Part shown: positions 63,931 to 64,000 of the stretch, piece after piece | How the letters are laid out: every line of letters starts with the position of its first letter | Numbering within the stretch: position 1 is the first letter of the stretch | Assembly: GCA_035532415.1 (NCBI GenBank) | Contig: DATKRB010000056.1 | Location: 11,435-75,434 of the forward strand | Reading direction: 5' to 3' | DNA from: Acidimicrobiales bacterium | GTDB taxonomy: Bacteria; Actinomycetota; Acidimicrobiia; Acidimicrobiales; RAAP-2 | DNA: 64,000 nucleotides | Program-made: the position numbers and the translations under genes | Notes under the pieces: model-generated | The model's database searches: none | What the model was told of the DNA's origin: nothing | Seen by the model: the letters and a program-made list of their open reading frames with translations, nothing else

Positions 63931-64000
63931 CTTCGAACCATCATCTGGTGTTGTCTTGCTAGCTTCCCTCCGTGGCTCGTTGGCGGCGGTCACGGACGGT

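Larger units (their letters stand above)
62346..64000. mobile_element. left end of an integrated element at tRNA-Ile (continues beyond the window)
   Basis: The integrase gene starts 123 nt after the tRNA 3' end, followed by a convergent excisionase-like HTH gene. The right boundary is not in the window. Confidence 0.6.

Overview
About 70% GC chromosomal segment with actinobacterial gene content and Mycobacterium-like local synteny (APC permease next to two trkA genes; whiB next to two ArsA-like ATPases; MBL hydrolase coupled to a NUDIX hydrolase). All functional calls rest on motif reading of the supplied translations; no database search was run.

The left part (1-21.9 kb) is core housekeeping:
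- K+ uptake TrkA pair, a HAD hydrolase and a group-2 sigma factor.
- NadE, and a nitrogen block glnII-glnA-glnR with a GlnR-box-like site.
- RidA, IscA/Mrp Fe-S carriers and a DUF929-VKOR disulfide pair.
- WhiB, ArsA-like ATPases, a response regulator, CorC and tRNA-Pro.

The middle (22-42 kb) mixes several functions:
- Lipid and acyl-CoA catabolism genes (SDR, APH-like kinase, three ACADs, TetR).
- A DEAD-box helicase fused to a cold-shock domain.
- A candidate restriction-modification-like pair: an SPPY methyltransferase with an extra C-terminal domain plus an unknown 333-aa partner. It sits beside an SDR gene wrecked by an internal deletion.
- Envelope genes (sugar transferase, beta-propeller, GT51 transglycosylase, GNAT).

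The right part (42-64 kb) is more accessory:
- A decayed patch with a VOC pseudogene and a VapBC module.
- A roughly 3-kb degraded islet between tRNA-Ala and a 44-nt copy of its 3' half. It carries Fic, a stop-interrupted DUF4160-like gene with an HTH partner, and an IS110 remnant.
- A coxMSL-type molybdoenzyme whose large subunit is frameshifted at a G8 run.
- A minus-strand operon: GAF-PAS-GGDEF, V4R, GAF-degenerate GGDEF, AcpS-ACP fusion, then glutamate decarboxylase.
- A GT4 glycosyltransferase and a large AAA-TPR-SARP regulator with inverted domain order.
- tRNA-Ile followed by a tyrosine integrase and an excisionase-like gene, marking the start of an integrated element that leaves the window.

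No CRISPR array or rRNA was seen. Most other long ORFs in the track are antisense or alternate-frame artefacts of high GC.
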